DNA from: Octopus vulgaris
Taxonomy: Eukaryota
Direction: 5' to 3'
Length of the DNA: 64,000 nucleotides
NCBI GenBank assembly: GCA_951406725.2
Contig: OX597822.1
Location: 64,232,001 to 64,296,000, forward strand
Position numbers and translations under genes: made by a program
In this document: positions 40,657-55,689 of the stretch, one piece after another
Numbering within the stretch: the stretch's first letter is position 1
Layout: each line of letters begins with the position of its first letter
The notes under the pieces: generated by a model
Seen by the model: the letters and a program-made list of their open reading frames with translations, nothing else
What the model was told of the DNA's origin: nothing
Databases searched by the model: none

Positions 40657-41467
40657 CACAAAACGTCTTCATACACAATACGCACATACATACACATACA
40701 TACACGCATACGCAGACACTCATACACAAATACACAGGCATACACACAACACACACTATGTAACAATAACCCATAGTTACGCCGGTCGTTGCAGCGGTTG
40801 CTTTTCACAATATGGAAAAAACAATGAAAAAAAAAAAAAAAGGTAAAAAGAATTGGATTCTTGTTTCATTTTTAGGGGACTTAAAACAAAACTGGATGAC
40901 ATTGGTGAATTTGTTAAGGTTTAGTTTTAATTAATCTGCCCCCCCGCTTATTGATATCAGAGCTTTAGATACACGCACATACACAACTCAACCCCACTCC
41001 AAACAAACACATAAATTTCTGTATGCAAATTTTGAACAAAAGGAAGCGTATTAACACAGTAGGTGCCCATAGAGAAAAAATATAAAGATCACCGAAGTTT
41101 GTGTCTGTGTGTGTATTTGCGTGCATATGCGCATGCGTGTTCAGCTGCCTGTTCGCAATGCCAGTGAATGCTTATTCACTGTTTACTTATATTTCTTATA
41201 TTTCGTCTTGGTATGCAGTTGGCTTTGAGTACATGGTATTGAGGATGCGCATCAAAAGAGAAATGCATATAGCATTTTCACAGTCGTGCTAGGACGATTC
41301 CCGTCTGATTTCGAATACATATTGTGTTTTGAAACGTAGCACGCCAATAACAGATATTATTTCAGGACGAATAAGGCAACAAATTTGCCTTTTTTGTGAT
41401 CTGCTTACATTAACTATGATACATAGATTCTTATTTTAATCTAATAGTGCTTTTGTTGCAGATAGCG

Positions 41468-41587
<120 letters not shown>

Positions 41588-41598
41588 TATATTGTGCT

Positions 41599-41762
41599 GG
41601 CGTGGCTATGTGGTAAGAAGTTTGTTTCCCAGCCACATGGTTCCGGGTTCAGTCCCACCTTGGCCAAGTGTCTTCTACTATAACCTTGGGCCAACCAAAC
41701 CCTTGTGAGTGGATTTGGTAGACGGAAACTGAAACAAGCTCGTCATATATGTGTGTGCGTGC

Positions 41763-41806
<44 letters not shown>

Positions 41807-42357
41807 CAAAATGGGATAAGAACGCAAAAGATCTGGATAGTTAGGTGATACAAAATGAGACAACAAAACATCCAGATAGACGATACAAAGAAAGCAAGGA
41901 CGGGTCATTCGAAGTTTTCTTTCCTCAGTCAAGTACCAGATTATCTTCGCAATTTCGGCTGATTATACTTGAGATTGCTCCAATCTGGCCAGCCTCAAGG
42001 AAAAACTAAGCTAAGAGCATTAGATTCCTTGGAAGAAAGCAGCGAAGTTATTCAAAAACAAGGACGGAGAAAATCGGACAATGTTACACAAATACAATAA
42101 AAATAATAATAGGTGATAACAACAGGTGTCTTTCGACTAAGGATGAATTAAATGAAGCTGGCGTGTGTGGAAGTAAAGCCTTACGGCAAGGATACAAGTT
42201 TTCACAAACACAGGGAGGCCAGATCAGAGCAATCTCAAGTTTAATCAGCTGAAATTGCAAGGATGATCCGGTTCTTGACTGAAGATTAGAGGCTTCGAAT
42301 GACCCGTCCGTTTTTTGTATCGTCTATTTGAATGTTTTGCGTTCTTGTGCCATTTTG

Positions 42358-42409
<52 letters not shown>

Positions 42410-42625
42410 CACACACATATATATATGTATATCAATGTGTATGTGTCTTCGTGTCGGTGTTTGTCCCACCTTCAACACTTGACAACTGGTGTTGGTGTGT
42501 TTGTTCGGCAAAAGGGACCGATAGAATAAGTACCAGGCTTTAGAAAAGAAGTCCTTGTGTCGGTTCATTCATTCGACCAAAAACCCATGGAGGTGCCCCA
42601 GTATGGTCGCAGCCTAATGACTAAA
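41599..42625 (+). mobile_element. SINE family B split by an inverted-repeat insert (41802-42362) in its internal (TA)n
   Basis: 5' half 41599-41745 and 3' half ~42440-42625; the insert ends are diverged inverted repeats. Confidence 0.8.
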
Positions 42626-42996
42626 AAAAAAAAGAAAGAGAAAGAAAAAAGAAAAAAACGATGGTGTATGTGTGTGTGTGTGCCTGTGTGTAGAAAGAGA
42701 TAGATATAAAACATTTAAATATCAAGTAGGCTATCTCAAGTGTGGATCGGTCATTATAAGCGTAGATATTGCGATAAGTGAAGAGTTTTGCTATGATAGC
42801 GATGTGACAGCGATGGTCTGCTATTTAACTTAAGGAGCCATTAATTCGGCTATGCCTTGGCACTTGGCCGTCAACAATTGACTTGTGGCTTCTTAACAGA
42901 CGTGAAGAGTTTATCAGCAGTTTAAGATCAATGGTGGAACTATTCCCGATAAATGTGGGATAAATGTCGAACGCCTGACTAACTAATTAATATAAC

Positions 42997-43041
<45 letters not shown>

Positions 43042-43199
43042 CCTCTTTCTCTCCGTGTCTATCTTTTGTGTATACATACGGTCATTACACACACACATAT
43101 GTATACACGTGTGTGTTTATGTATGTCCGCGCGCGCACACACACACACACGCGCACACACGCGCACACATGCACATACACAAATATATTTTAGGTATAT

Positions 43200-43237
<38 letters not shown>

Positions 43238-43601
43238 TATTTATAAATGCGAAGGCGTGGCTGTGTGGTAAGAAATTTGCTTCCAAATCACATGACCCTG
43301 GGTTCAGTTCCACTGCGTGGTCCCTTGGGAAAATGTCTTCTACTCTAGCCTCAGGTCGACCAAAGACTTAGAAACTGAAAGAACCCCGTCGTATATCTAT
43401 ATCTATTTGTCTATCTCTTTCTCTCTCGATATATGCGTGTGTGTTCGACACATCTCAAACCCTGAAACCATGGTCCCAGGATCCTACTGCTGGATGTAGT
43501 TTATAGTCATATCCAGGACTCTTTGAGCTGGAGAATGAATGGAATGCTTGGTGTGTGTCTTGTTGTGGCTACCCACTCCTAAAAATGGGGAATAAGCCTG
43601 G

Positions 43602-43658
<57 letters not shown>

Positions 43659-44054
43659 TGAGGAACACGCCATGCGTATGTGGTTCAATCTTTAAATACA
43701 CAGACAGACACACACCGCCAAACACACACGCGCGCGCACACCGACAGAGACACACGCACACACACCGACACACACACACACACACTGACACACACACACC
43801 AACACACACACACCGACCACACACACACCGACAGAAACTCACAGACACAGTCACATACACACACACAGCCGCACACACCGACAGACGTACACACCGATAG
43901 AGACACACACACCGACAGAAAGACAAACACACACAGACACAGACACACACACATACCGACAGATGCACACACACACACTAATCTCTTGTTACCCTTCCAC
44001 ATTGTAGAAATCGTATTCCTTCAGTTCCTGTGGCGACAACAGCTCTCTTGTTAT

Positions 44055-44086
44055 TCAAAGGTCAAACATAAGATGACCTTTGACCC
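44055..44086. promoter_or_regulatory. Candidate nuclear-receptor element (inverted TCAAAGGTCA pair plus DR1)
   Basis: TCAAAGGTCA-N9-TGACCTTTGA overlapping TGACCTTTGACCC. Confidence 0.3.
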
Positions 44087-44379
44087 AAGGAACGTCCCTT
44101 GAATATGCGATCTTCGGTGCAATTGGTTTTATTGAAGGCGCCTCCGTTTAATTAATTACTAAAGAGGTTTGGCTGCACAAACGTCTTATAAACAAACACA
44201 TAGATACAACCACTTGTCAAATGCTCTCACTAACACAAAGACATTCATTTCCACAAATACTATTACACGCAGATTCGTAGTCGCATTCTTACGCGCTTGC
44301 GCGTGAGTACGCGTACTCACGTATTGATAGATCGTTAGCCACTAAACACATTTTTTTCTCTCCTTGTTTTTTCTGTGCC

Positions 44380-44417
44380 CTTTTCTGTAGAAGAGCGTTG
44401 GCTCGAAATGTAAAAGA
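44380..44417 (+). ncRNA. Hammerhead-like motif, A6U variant, in a short element (44331-44500)
   Basis: CTTTT-CTGTAGA-A-GAGC-GTTG-GCTC-GAAAT-GTA-AAAG. Confidence 0.5.
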
Positions 44418-44812
44418 CTTTTTCTATTCCTGAGCGTTACACTAATACATCTGTTTGTTTTGTACACCACATGTCTTCGCCTTTTGTTTTTTCGTAAACT
44501 CTTGTCCAAGGTGCCACGCAGTGGGACTGAACCCGGAACCATGTGGTTGGTAAGCAAGCTACTTACCACACAGCCACTCCTGCGCCTATATTTCATTCGT
44601 ATATTTTGATCACATATGACTGTAATCAATTAATAAATATCATTGAATGTTTACAGGCAGATGTTTGTCGATTGTTTATCCTCTCCATTTTCTTATTTGC
44701 TTATATATATATATATATAAATTTAAATAATAAGGGTAAAAATATTGAATATTAATTTGTTTAATATCAATTTAAACCAGAAAAATTCAGAAAATTATAT
44801 TATATACATATA

Positions 44813-45049
44813 AGAGGGATGGCCACTAAGTGGACATCCAATATGCTGCTAGATGTAAAAGAAGGAAAAAAGATTGTTCTCAAGAAAATTCATCAAACGC
44901 CAGAACGTAAGCAAGGAAGACAAATGAAGAGATACATTGTTCTGAAATTTGCTGAATTTTCTTGAGAACAACTTTTTCTTCTTTTAGTCGTGAGATCATA
45001 TGGGGTCTACATATAGCATATTGGATTTCCACTTAGAGGTCACCCCTCT
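44813..45049. repeat. Imperfect foldback (~240 bp)
   Basis: CTAAGTGGACATCCAATATGCT / AGCATATTGGATTTCCACTTAG and TTGTTCTCAAGAAAATTCA / TGAATTTTCTTGAGAACAA. Confidence 0.8.
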
Positions 45050-45054
45050 AACAG

Positions 45055-45113
<59 letters not shown>

Positions 45114-46260
45114 CATATGTATGAATTTGTGAGTTTGTGTTCCCTCACTATCGCTTGACAACCGATGCTGGTGTGTTTACTCCCTGTGGATTTGGTAGAC
45201 GGAAACTGAAAGAAGCCTTTCGTATATATATATATGTATGTGTGTGTATGTGTGTGTGTGCGTGTTTGTCCCCACTCCAGCAACGTTTGACAACCTGTAA
45301 GCTAGCAGTTCGGCAAAAGAGAACGATAGAATAAGTACTAGGCTTACAAAGAATAAGTCGTAGGGTCGATTTGCTCGACTAAAGGCGGTGCTCCAGCATG
45401 GCCGCGGTCAAATGACTGAAACAAGTAAGAGAATAAAATAATAAAAGAATCTATGAATGTATGTGTGTGTGTGTGTGTGTGTGTGTATATAGGCACATAT
45501 GTGTACATATGCATACAATAATATATGTGTATGTTTGTATATGTGTTTGTGTGCATATACACATGCGCACGCACCCAGATATACGTACTCGTGTATACAG
45601 ATATTTATGTCTGTGTGTATGTATGTGTATATATGCGTGTATGCGTCGGTGTATCGGTGCATGTGCACGAGCACTCATTCGTATATATTCTTGGCATCAT
45701 CTCATGTTCTTCAGAAGCACACGCATACATATATCTATGTAAGCATTTACACACACACGCGAACGCGCGCGCGCACACATACACACTCACACACACACAC
45801 ATATATATATATATATAAATATAGACATATATATACATATACGGGCATACACATACATACATGCACACATGTGTATATATATATATATATGTACATGATT
45901 GTCTGTGTGTATGTGTGTGTGTGTGTGCTTGTGTTTTTTAAAGCACGAATGTGTATGTGTGTATTCAGTGTGTTTGTTAAACATTCGCAGCGAAGAGAAG
46001 CGGTCGAACAAGAAAATCCAGGAGTTCCCAATTGACACCTGTACCAAGGTTCTTCATGCGATTGTAAATATTTACAAAACGAGAACTTGAACTAGAAGAA
46101 GCGTATACACAACTACTTATTTACGTACACACACACATGCACACACACTAGCACTCAGACGCATATATGCATGTTTGGGCAGATACGTATGTAGGTATAT
46201 TTGTGTGTGTATGTGTACGAATGTATATAAGCATATATATGCACATACACATATACATAC

Positions 46261-46456
46261 TCTTTTACTTTTTTCAGTCATTTGACTGCGGCCATGCTGG
46301 AGCACCGCCTTTAGTCGAGCAAATCGACCCCAGGACTTATTCTTTGTAGGCCTAGTACTTATTCTATCGGTCCCTTTTGCCGAACCGCTAAGTTACGGGT
46401 ACATAAACACACCAGCATCGGTTGTCAAGCGATGTTGGCGACACAAACATATATAG

Positions 46457-46493
<37 letters not shown>

Positions 46494-46663
46494 TACATAC
46501 GACGGGTTTCTTTCAGTTTCCGTCTACCAAATCCACCCACAAGGCTTGGTCGGCCTGAAGCTATAGTACAAGACACTTGCCCAAGGTGCTACGCAGTGGG
46601 ACTGAACCCGGAACCATGTGGTTCTTAAGCAAGCTATTTGCCACACAGCCACTCCTACGCCTA
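46261..46663 (-). mobile_element. SINE family B, full length
   Basis: Reverse complement of the family consensus. Confidence 0.92.
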
Positions 46664-47340
46664 TATATATATATTGGATGGTTGCGAACTCGTGTTCCAT
46701 TATTGCCACCGCATGAGCGAAAGTCCTATACACGCGAAGGCTATGACCTGCCATTTTAATGATAGGTCTTACTTTTTTTTCAGGCGATATCTGAGCATGA
46801 TAATCCGATCCCACTCTGAACATGGACAACATAAACTCGCAAAGAAGAACTAATGTATATCATCGAATATTGTCAGTGTCGCAGGCTTTCTCTCATTTTC
46901 CTCTCCTAGAAAAATGTTGTCACCACAACAGAGGGGTCTCCCACTGCCAGTGGGCCAACCCCGCGCCTGAATACCAACCCAGATATTTCCACGTTCCCGT
47001 GCATATATACAGGCATACATACTCATGTACGCATATTGTTGGATGGCCGTTGACTGCTCTTGAGCTCTTCTGCTTTTTGACAAGTCTTATTTTTCGTCCT
47101 GCAGGGTGTCCAACAATCACTCTTTTCACGAAGCAAAGCAAGCTTGATGGGTTGCCAGTTTAGGCTCCGACGACCCGACCATGCAACAGGTTGTACTGGG
47201 TTACATGTTACCAGTAGCGCCCAAGAGTGACCTGGACATACATACATACACACACACACGCGCACGCACATACACACACACATATATATTTGCATTCATG
47301 CATATATATATATATGTATATATGTATATATGTATGTATA

Positions 47341-47585
47341 TGTGTCCTTGAGCAAGACACTTTATTTCACGTTGCTCCAGTCCACTCAGCTGGCAAAAAT
47401 GAGTTGTACTTGTATTTCAAAGGGTCAGCCTTGTCACTCTCTGTGTCACGCTGATTATCCCCGAGAACTACGTTAAGGGTACACGTGTCTGTGGAATGCT
47501 CAGCCATTTGCACGTTAATTTCACGAGCAAGCTGTTCCGTTGATCGTATCAGCTGGGACCCTCGTCGTCGTAACCGGCGGAGTCT
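47341..47585 (+). mobile_element. 5'-truncated CORE-type SINE sharing its 3' module with 3191-3580
   Basis: GTCCTTGAGCAAGACACTTTATTTCACGTTGCTCCAGTCCACTCAGCTGGCAAAAATGAG followed by the shared tail. Confidence 0.85.
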
Positions 47586-47624
47586 TTTAGAATGTATATG
47601 TATGTGTATGAATTATTTTTTGTT

Positions 47625-47866
47625 TCTTCTTGAGCCACTCCTGGCTCATAAGGGCCGGCTTCCCGGCCTCCTTGGCGTATAGGTTCCCCACCTGGACGGG
47701 ACGCCGGTCCGTCGCAGGTGAGCTACAAGATGCAGGAGGAAAGAGTGAGAGAAAGTTGTGGCGAAAGAGTCATCAGAAGTTCGCCATTATCTTCTGCCGG
47801 AGCCGCGTGGAGCTTAGGTGTTTCGCTCATAAACACACACATCGCCAGGTCTGAGATTCGAACCCG
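47625..47866 (-). mobile_element. 5'-truncated tRNA SINE (shared middle; tail related to 13410-13706)
   Basis: GAGTGAGAGAAAGTTGTGGCGAAAGAGT middle; starts at the B box. Confidence 0.75.
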
Positions 47867-48433
47867 TATCATATTATGAGGTAAGTTAAACTTTTAGTTT
47901 TTAGGTTTTTTTTAGGAATTTGACCCGAGGAGTGACTACTTTTGGGAGTAAAATCATATTTTCCGCTCAAATGAACTTGGACATGGTTTTCTTATATGAT
48001 TTTATATAGTCCTAATTCAGCCATGAAACGCGCGTAGTCGATGTACAAGTACTTACTTTTATATATTATATTATTATATTAGTGTATTAATTTTTATCGT
48101 TCAATTTATACTTTATTTGATTTTAGATTAATATTTTTATGTTGAATGTTTCTTTGTATGGTATTCGCTGTGATTTTAAAAGTATTTGCTCTTATATATT
48201 ATATGATTGTAATAATCTTACTGTTCAACATTATATATTATTAAAATTTTAGATTTGTATTTTGTATGGTATATGTCTCACCGCATGGTTTTGGGCGGGT
48301 TCTTCATTGACTGAGTGGTGGAATGGTAGTTCGTCTCTAAATTAGTTATATACATATATTATATATTACCAAATTCGGTCTAATATTATTATACTGAATT
48401 TTACTTGTAAAGTTGGAATAATAAATTATTCCG

Positions 48434-48484
<51 letters not shown>

Positions 48485-48530
48485 GTGTATAAGAGAGTTG
48501 GTATATGAAAAAACATCGTTGGATGTATAA

Positions 48531-49002
<472 letters not shown>

Positions 49003-49053
49003 GCATATATGGGTACAGTACGTCACCAACGGTACAAATAACACGAAATACAT

Positions 49054-49106
<53 letters not shown>

Positions 49107-49414
49107 CACATACATACAAATATACACAAACGCACTTACACACACACACATATAAATGTCCATATATACACATATACGTATGTAATCATGTTTGTGCACA
49201 TATTTGTATGTATCTATATTCATTAACACATCTGGTTGTAGCACAGGTCAGTATTTTCTGTCAGTCTATCTTCTGTCTGTCTGTCTCTCTCTTTCTCTCT
49301 CTATGTATGTATATATATATATATATATATATATTTGACACTAGATGTACACACATATATCTACATACACACACACACATACACGTGCACACATCAACAG
49401 ATACAAACACAGAT

Positions 49415-49497
<83 letters not shown>

Positions 49498-49572
49498 CAA
49501 CATTTAAGCTAATTGAAGCAACCAATCCTTCGAAGAAGGCAGCTGTTGCCAAATAATAATAATAATAACAAC

Positions 49573-49639
<67 letters not shown>

Positions 49640-50426
49640 GAGTAAAATAAAAATACAATAAAATAATAAAAGCAAGATCTAAAAATATACGAAACTAAAG
49701 TAGAGCAGGGCAGACATCTTTTGAATCCGTCACACAATATCAATATTTGGAATAAATAGAAAGGGAAAAAAAAGAAGGAAAAAAGAAGATAAAGAAAAAC
49801 AAGGAAATAAAATAGAACAATGAAGGAAGATTAGCGGAATTTAATTGTAGTAGTAATTTTCTCTCAATAATTTACAAATATCCACCGAGATGTCAAGCCG
49901 GCAATGGCGTCATCTGTCAGGGAGGAGATCATTTTTTAAGCTACTTGGAGACATTATTTCTGTCTATGCGCTCCCTCGGTGCACCACACGACTCCAGACG
50001 GCTCCAGTAAGTCCCAAATAGTTTACATGACTGTCTTACCACCTAAAACTAGCTTTACACAAATTTTTCACTGTGTATTTCAACGACTGCGTATAAAGCA
50101 ACTAAGAGCTTTTTTCCCATCCAGATGATTTTTGACAACCACGAGACGTTTCCCACGTGGCTGGTTCCATGCCTCTCAGATATTCCCCACCCTGCACTAA
50201 TTATCAGACCCGTCGGTCATAAGAAAATTATGAGGTTCTGTAGAATTCAATGGATTCTGGACAAACTACTGAATATCTACGGCTACATGAAGTTGTCAAC
50301 GTCCCAAACGCAACTGTTCTGACTAAACATATGTAGTCTTTATTTACACAATGAATAACAAGGAACATTAATAAACAATGAGTATTGCACGCACGTATTT
50401 ATAAACACACACACACACACTCATAT

Positions 50427-50488
<62 letters not shown>

Positions 50489-50626
50489 AGATATATACCT
50501 ATACACATACTTATATGTATGTGAGTGTATTTATATATATCACTTTGATCACTTTGACTGACCAGTCCGTCAGGCGTCCATTTGACACCGCTGGTCACAG
50601 CACGCTGTCCACTCCTCATTTATATA

Positions 50627-50728
<102 letters not shown>

Positions 50729-51090
50729 CACTATACATATAAGTATGTGTATAGGTATATATCTATATCTATATCTATTTATCTGGCGGGGTAAAAATTT
50801 TCAAACTATAAGCCTCTATAACATTAAAAAAAAAAAAAAGAAAACGTTTCTAGTGAAAGTGAAATGTCTTTTGAGGTTCAGCTTGGAAAATTACATTAAT
50901 GCATCAAATTTGAGAATTTTGAATAAGCTTTGAATTTTCGAAAAGTGCCAGCTGACCTGAAAAGATTCTACATACACATATACATGTATACATGCATGTG
51001 TATACATATGCATACATTACACATATTTACATTCATATGCATATGTACAGATATGTATGCAAGTTATATATATATATATATATGTATATA

Positions 51091-51505
51091 TAGGCGCAGG
51101 AGTGGCTGTGTGGTAAGTAGCTTGCTAACCAACCACATGGTTCCGGGTTCAGTCGCACTGCGTGGCATCTTGGGCAAGTGTCTTCTGCTATAGCCCCGGG
51201 CCGACCAATGCCTTGTGAGTGGATTTGGTAGACGGAAACTGAAAGAAGCCTGTCGTATATATGTATATATATATATATGTATGTGTGTGTTTGTGTGTCT
51301 GTGTTTGTCCCCCTAGCATTGCTTAACAACCGATGCTAGTGTGTTTATGTCCCCGTTACTTAGCGGTTCGGCAAAAGCGACCGATAGAATAAGTACTAGG
51401 CTTACAAAAAAATAAGTCCCGGGGTCGAGTTGCTCGATTAAAGGCGGTGCTCCAGCATGGCCGCAGTCAAATGACTGAAACAAGTAAAAGAGTAAAAGAG
51501 AAAGA
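51091..51505 (+). mobile_element. SINE family B, full length
   Basis: Matches the family consensus. Confidence 0.92.
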
Positions 51506-51506
51506 G

Positions 51507-51616
<110 letters not shown>

Positions 51617-51653
51617 CACAAGTTTTTTATTCTCTGTGTATTTTCTCTTATTC

Positions 51654-51690
51654 CTCTCTGTTGAAGAGCGTAGTCTCGAAACGTAAAGAC
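51654..51690 (+). ncRNA. Hammerhead-like motif, A6U variant, in a short element (51612-51782)
   Basis: CTCT-CTGTTGA-A-GAGCGTAGTCTC-GAAAC-GTA-AAGAC. Confidence 0.45.
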
Positions 51691-51912
51691 TTTTTCATTT
51701 GCCTAAGTACCAAGCTAAGCTAATACTCCTGCTTGTTGCTCAAACACCTGTCTTCGTCTTTTGTTTTTCTGTAAATTTCAGCTATATATATATATATATA
51801 TATACACATATATATATATATATATTATAAATATACACGTGCACATATATTCGTAGTCATATATTTGTTTTATATCTATAAATATACATACATACATACA
51901 TACATACATACA

Positions 51913-52004
<92 letters not shown>

Positions 52005-52040
52005 TGTTTTGTATATGCGTGTAGACATGTATATAACCTG

Positions 52041-52131
<91 letters not shown>

Positions 52132-52270
52132 GTGTATCCATCCATCCATCCATCCGTCCATCCATCTATCTATCTAGGGGGAGAATTCACAAAAAAAAAA
52201 CAAAAGACGAAGACAGGTGGTGTAGACAACAAACAGATGTATTAGTTTAACGCTCGAGAAGTGAAGAAGT

Positions 52271-52306
52271 CTTTAACGTTTCAAGCCTACGCTCTTCCAC
52301 AGAAAG
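52271..52306 (-). ncRNA. Hammerhead-like motif, A6U variant, in a short element (52176-52347)
   Basis: Minus strand: CTTT-CTGTGGA-A-GAGC-GTAG-GCTT-GAAAC-GTT-AAAG. Confidence 0.55.
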
Positions 52307-52345
52307 AAACAAGGAGAGAAAATAAAGAATGTGTAGTGGCAAGCG

Positions 52346-52507
<162 letters not shown>

Positions 52508-53054
52508 GTATCTGTCAATCTGTTTGTCTGTTTGTCTGTTGGTATCCCTGAACATACACATCTAGGTATATATATGCTTTTATTGATACACTCAGACTTA
52601 TACGTATATGTTTCGGTGTGCGTTGTTGTATTGGTGTATTATAGTCGAAAGCTTAATCACGATTCACTTGTTCGATTCCCTCTGCGAGATACCTTGAACA
52701 CCCTCTGTATTCTATATTACAGCTGATGGGGTTATAAAAATAGCAGTTCAACACTAAACTGAAGATTCATACAATACTTTTTCTAGAGTACATTATTATA
52801 CTTTTATAAGAAGAGGATTGACATTGATTTTGAAGGTTCGAGCAGGAGCACACATGAGAACAGAAAGTGACACTGAAAAGGTTACAGATGTGTGACGAAA
52901 GATTTCTGGACTATGGAAACAGTAATAAATAGTAATAAACAGTAATAAACGGATGAAGAACGAAAATATAGAGCGTGTGTTTATTTGGCAAAAAAGAAAA
53001 AAAAAAGGAAAACAATTACCATGCCGAAATACAATTACTTTTTATTCTTTTATT

Positions 53055-53350
53055 CTTCTACTTGTTTCAGTCATTTGACTGCGGTCATGCTGGAGCACCG
53101 CCATTAGTCGAACGAATCGACCCCAGGGAATTGTTTGTAAGCTTAGTACTTTTTCTATCGTTTTTTTTTGCCGAACCGCTAGCTTATGAGGACGTAAACA
53201 TACCAGTATCGGTTGTCAAGCGAAGATGGGGGATTAACACAGATACACAAACGTATACACACACATATATATATATATATATATGACAGGCTTCTATCAA
53301 ATCTACCCACAAAGCTTTGGTCGGCTCGAAGCTATTGTAGAAAATACTTG
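53055..53350 (-). mobile_element. SINE family B, partial
   Basis: Reverse complement of the 3' half. Confidence 0.8.
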
Positions 53351-53395
53351 CTCATACTTGTGCCTATATATATATACACACACACACACACACAG

Positions 53396-53481
<86 letters not shown>

Positions 53482-53855
53482 GTGTGTGTGTGTGTATATA
53501 TATATATAAGTTGTTTTCTCTTTTTCTCACTCTTTCGTTTTCTTTTCTTTAAATCCTCTCCTCATACGTCGAAATCAACGGGACCGATCGTCATGATGAG
53601 GATGATGATGATGATGATGATGATCTTCATCATCATCTTCATCATATAATTATAGGAGTGGCTACGTGGTAAGAAACTTGCTTCGCAGCTACATGGTTCC
53701 GAGTTCAGTCCTGCTGCGTGACACCTTGGGCAAATGTCTTCTACTACAACCTCGGGCCGATCAAATCTTTGTTGAGTGGATTTGATAGACGGAAACTGAA
53801 AGACCGTCGTATTTGTGTGTGTATGTGTGTGTGTGTGTGTATATATATGTATATA

Positions 53856-53890
<35 letters not shown>

Positions 53891-54614
53891 ATGCGTGTAT
53901 GTGTGTGTGTGTGTGTGTTGCCTCTAAAAAAATTCGTTAACACTCAGTGGAATCTTTAAGAACATCCTGAGCATGTTTAAGTTTCCTATGCTAAGGTAAC
54001 TATAACCATTTAATACCGTTATTTACGATTATAATAAGCGGCTTCCACAGTTTACCTACAAATATAATCAACTTCCGACACTGCCGCCATTGTAAGGATC
54101 CAATCCTGAAAATTGAGGGATGTTGGTGTAAACTATTGACCAGCAGACAGGTCTCCAGTACTTGCGTCTGTTTGGAATGTCATCAAGTTCATGTACGAGA
54201 TGCACGCATTGACCTTCCGTTTGCGTCTCTTTATTTTGTGAGAGCGTGGTAAGATGGCTGGTCGGATGACTTTCTGATCACACCGTGCGTTATTATTATT
54301 AAATCTTCATAGCGTAGCTTATTATGCCGTCTTCCTTCTGTTTGGCGATCGATTTATTTACGTCTTTATTTAATTATGTTTGTGTGGAAATAGCCCTTTG
54401 GGATGGTTGATGCGTCTCATTTGGAATGTTCTGGGGTTGAACAAAATAAATAAATGAACAAAATAAGCGATGACTACGTCAACAGCAACAACAATAAGAG
54501 CAACAACAAAGATTTTGCAAAACTGCTGTCATTGAGAGTGTTTTCACATGGTCGCTCGATATGCTAGACATAGCAGCAGCCGTAGCATGCTATCTTAATC
54601 TTTTATCCTTTTAT

Positions 54615-54998
54615 CTTTTACTTGTTTAAGTTATTAGACTACGGCCATGCTGGGGCATTGCCTTGAAGAATTTTTAGTCGAATGAATCGACCCTAGGCTC
54701 TTTTTTTTTTTCAAACCCTGGTACTTATTCCATCGTTTTCTTTTGCCGAACCGCTAAATTACGGGGACGGAAACACACCAACACCTTTTGTCGAGCGTTG
54801 GTAGGACACATGCACACACTCACACGCATACACACAATGGGATTTTTCCAGTTTCCATTTTCCAAATCCACTCGCGAGGCTTTGGTCGGTCCGATGCTAT
54901 AGCAGAAGACACTTGTCCAAGGTGACACGTAGTGGGACTGAACCCGGAACCGTGTGGTTGGGAAGCAAGCTTCTTACCACATAGCCAAACCGGTGCCT
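54615..54998 (-). mobile_element. SINE family B, older variant
   Basis: Reverse complement of head and body. Confidence 0.85.
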
Positions 54999-55127
54999 AT
55001 TAATTTTATTTAAAAATAGATCATTGTATAATGTAGTCGGAGGCATTTGGAAATAAACTATGAATATACTTTGAAGATAGACATAGGGCTAATATTTCTT
55101 TGGATCTTTTAAATTTTCTTCCAACGG

Positions 55128-55204
55128 TCCGGGTTCAGTCCTACTCGGGTCGACCAAAGCCTTGTGAGGGGATTTGGTAGACGGAAACTGAAAGAAGCCC
55201 GTCG

Positions 55205-55265
<61 letters not shown>

Positions 55266-55480
55266 TTGTGTGTGTGTGTTTGTCCCACAACATCGCTTGA
55301 CAACCGATGCTGATGTGTTTACGACCCCGTAACTTAGCGGTTCAGCATAAGAGACCGATAGGATAACTACTAGGCTTACAAAGAATAAGTCCTGGGGTCG
55401 ATTTGCTCGACTAAAAAAGGCGGTGCTCCAGCGGGGCCACAGTCAAATGACTGAAACAAGTAAAAGAGTAAAAGAGTAAA
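55128..55480 (+). mobile_element. SINE family B, 5'-deleted
   Basis: Family body with (GTAAAAGA)n tail. Confidence 0.88.
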
Positions 55481-55689
55481 CGAAAGAGTTACAAACTATT
55501 AAAGTTATTTCATTTTAACCACTTGGAAGCCTCCATTGCCGGCATTAACACTAATTCTCTTCTACGTAGTACTGTGATTCTGTGTTTGTCCTTAGTGAAG
55601 GAACTGAAGTTTTTGCTTGGAGGAGTTTGGAATCAGCAGCACTTTGGCTGTCGATTACAAAAAATTATTTACACGAGATATGTGCAGAA

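Noticed and set aside
47975-48042. GAAACGCGCGTA, a PLE-type hammerhead 3' half
   Set aside because: The CUGANGA half is not recognisable; too degenerate to call
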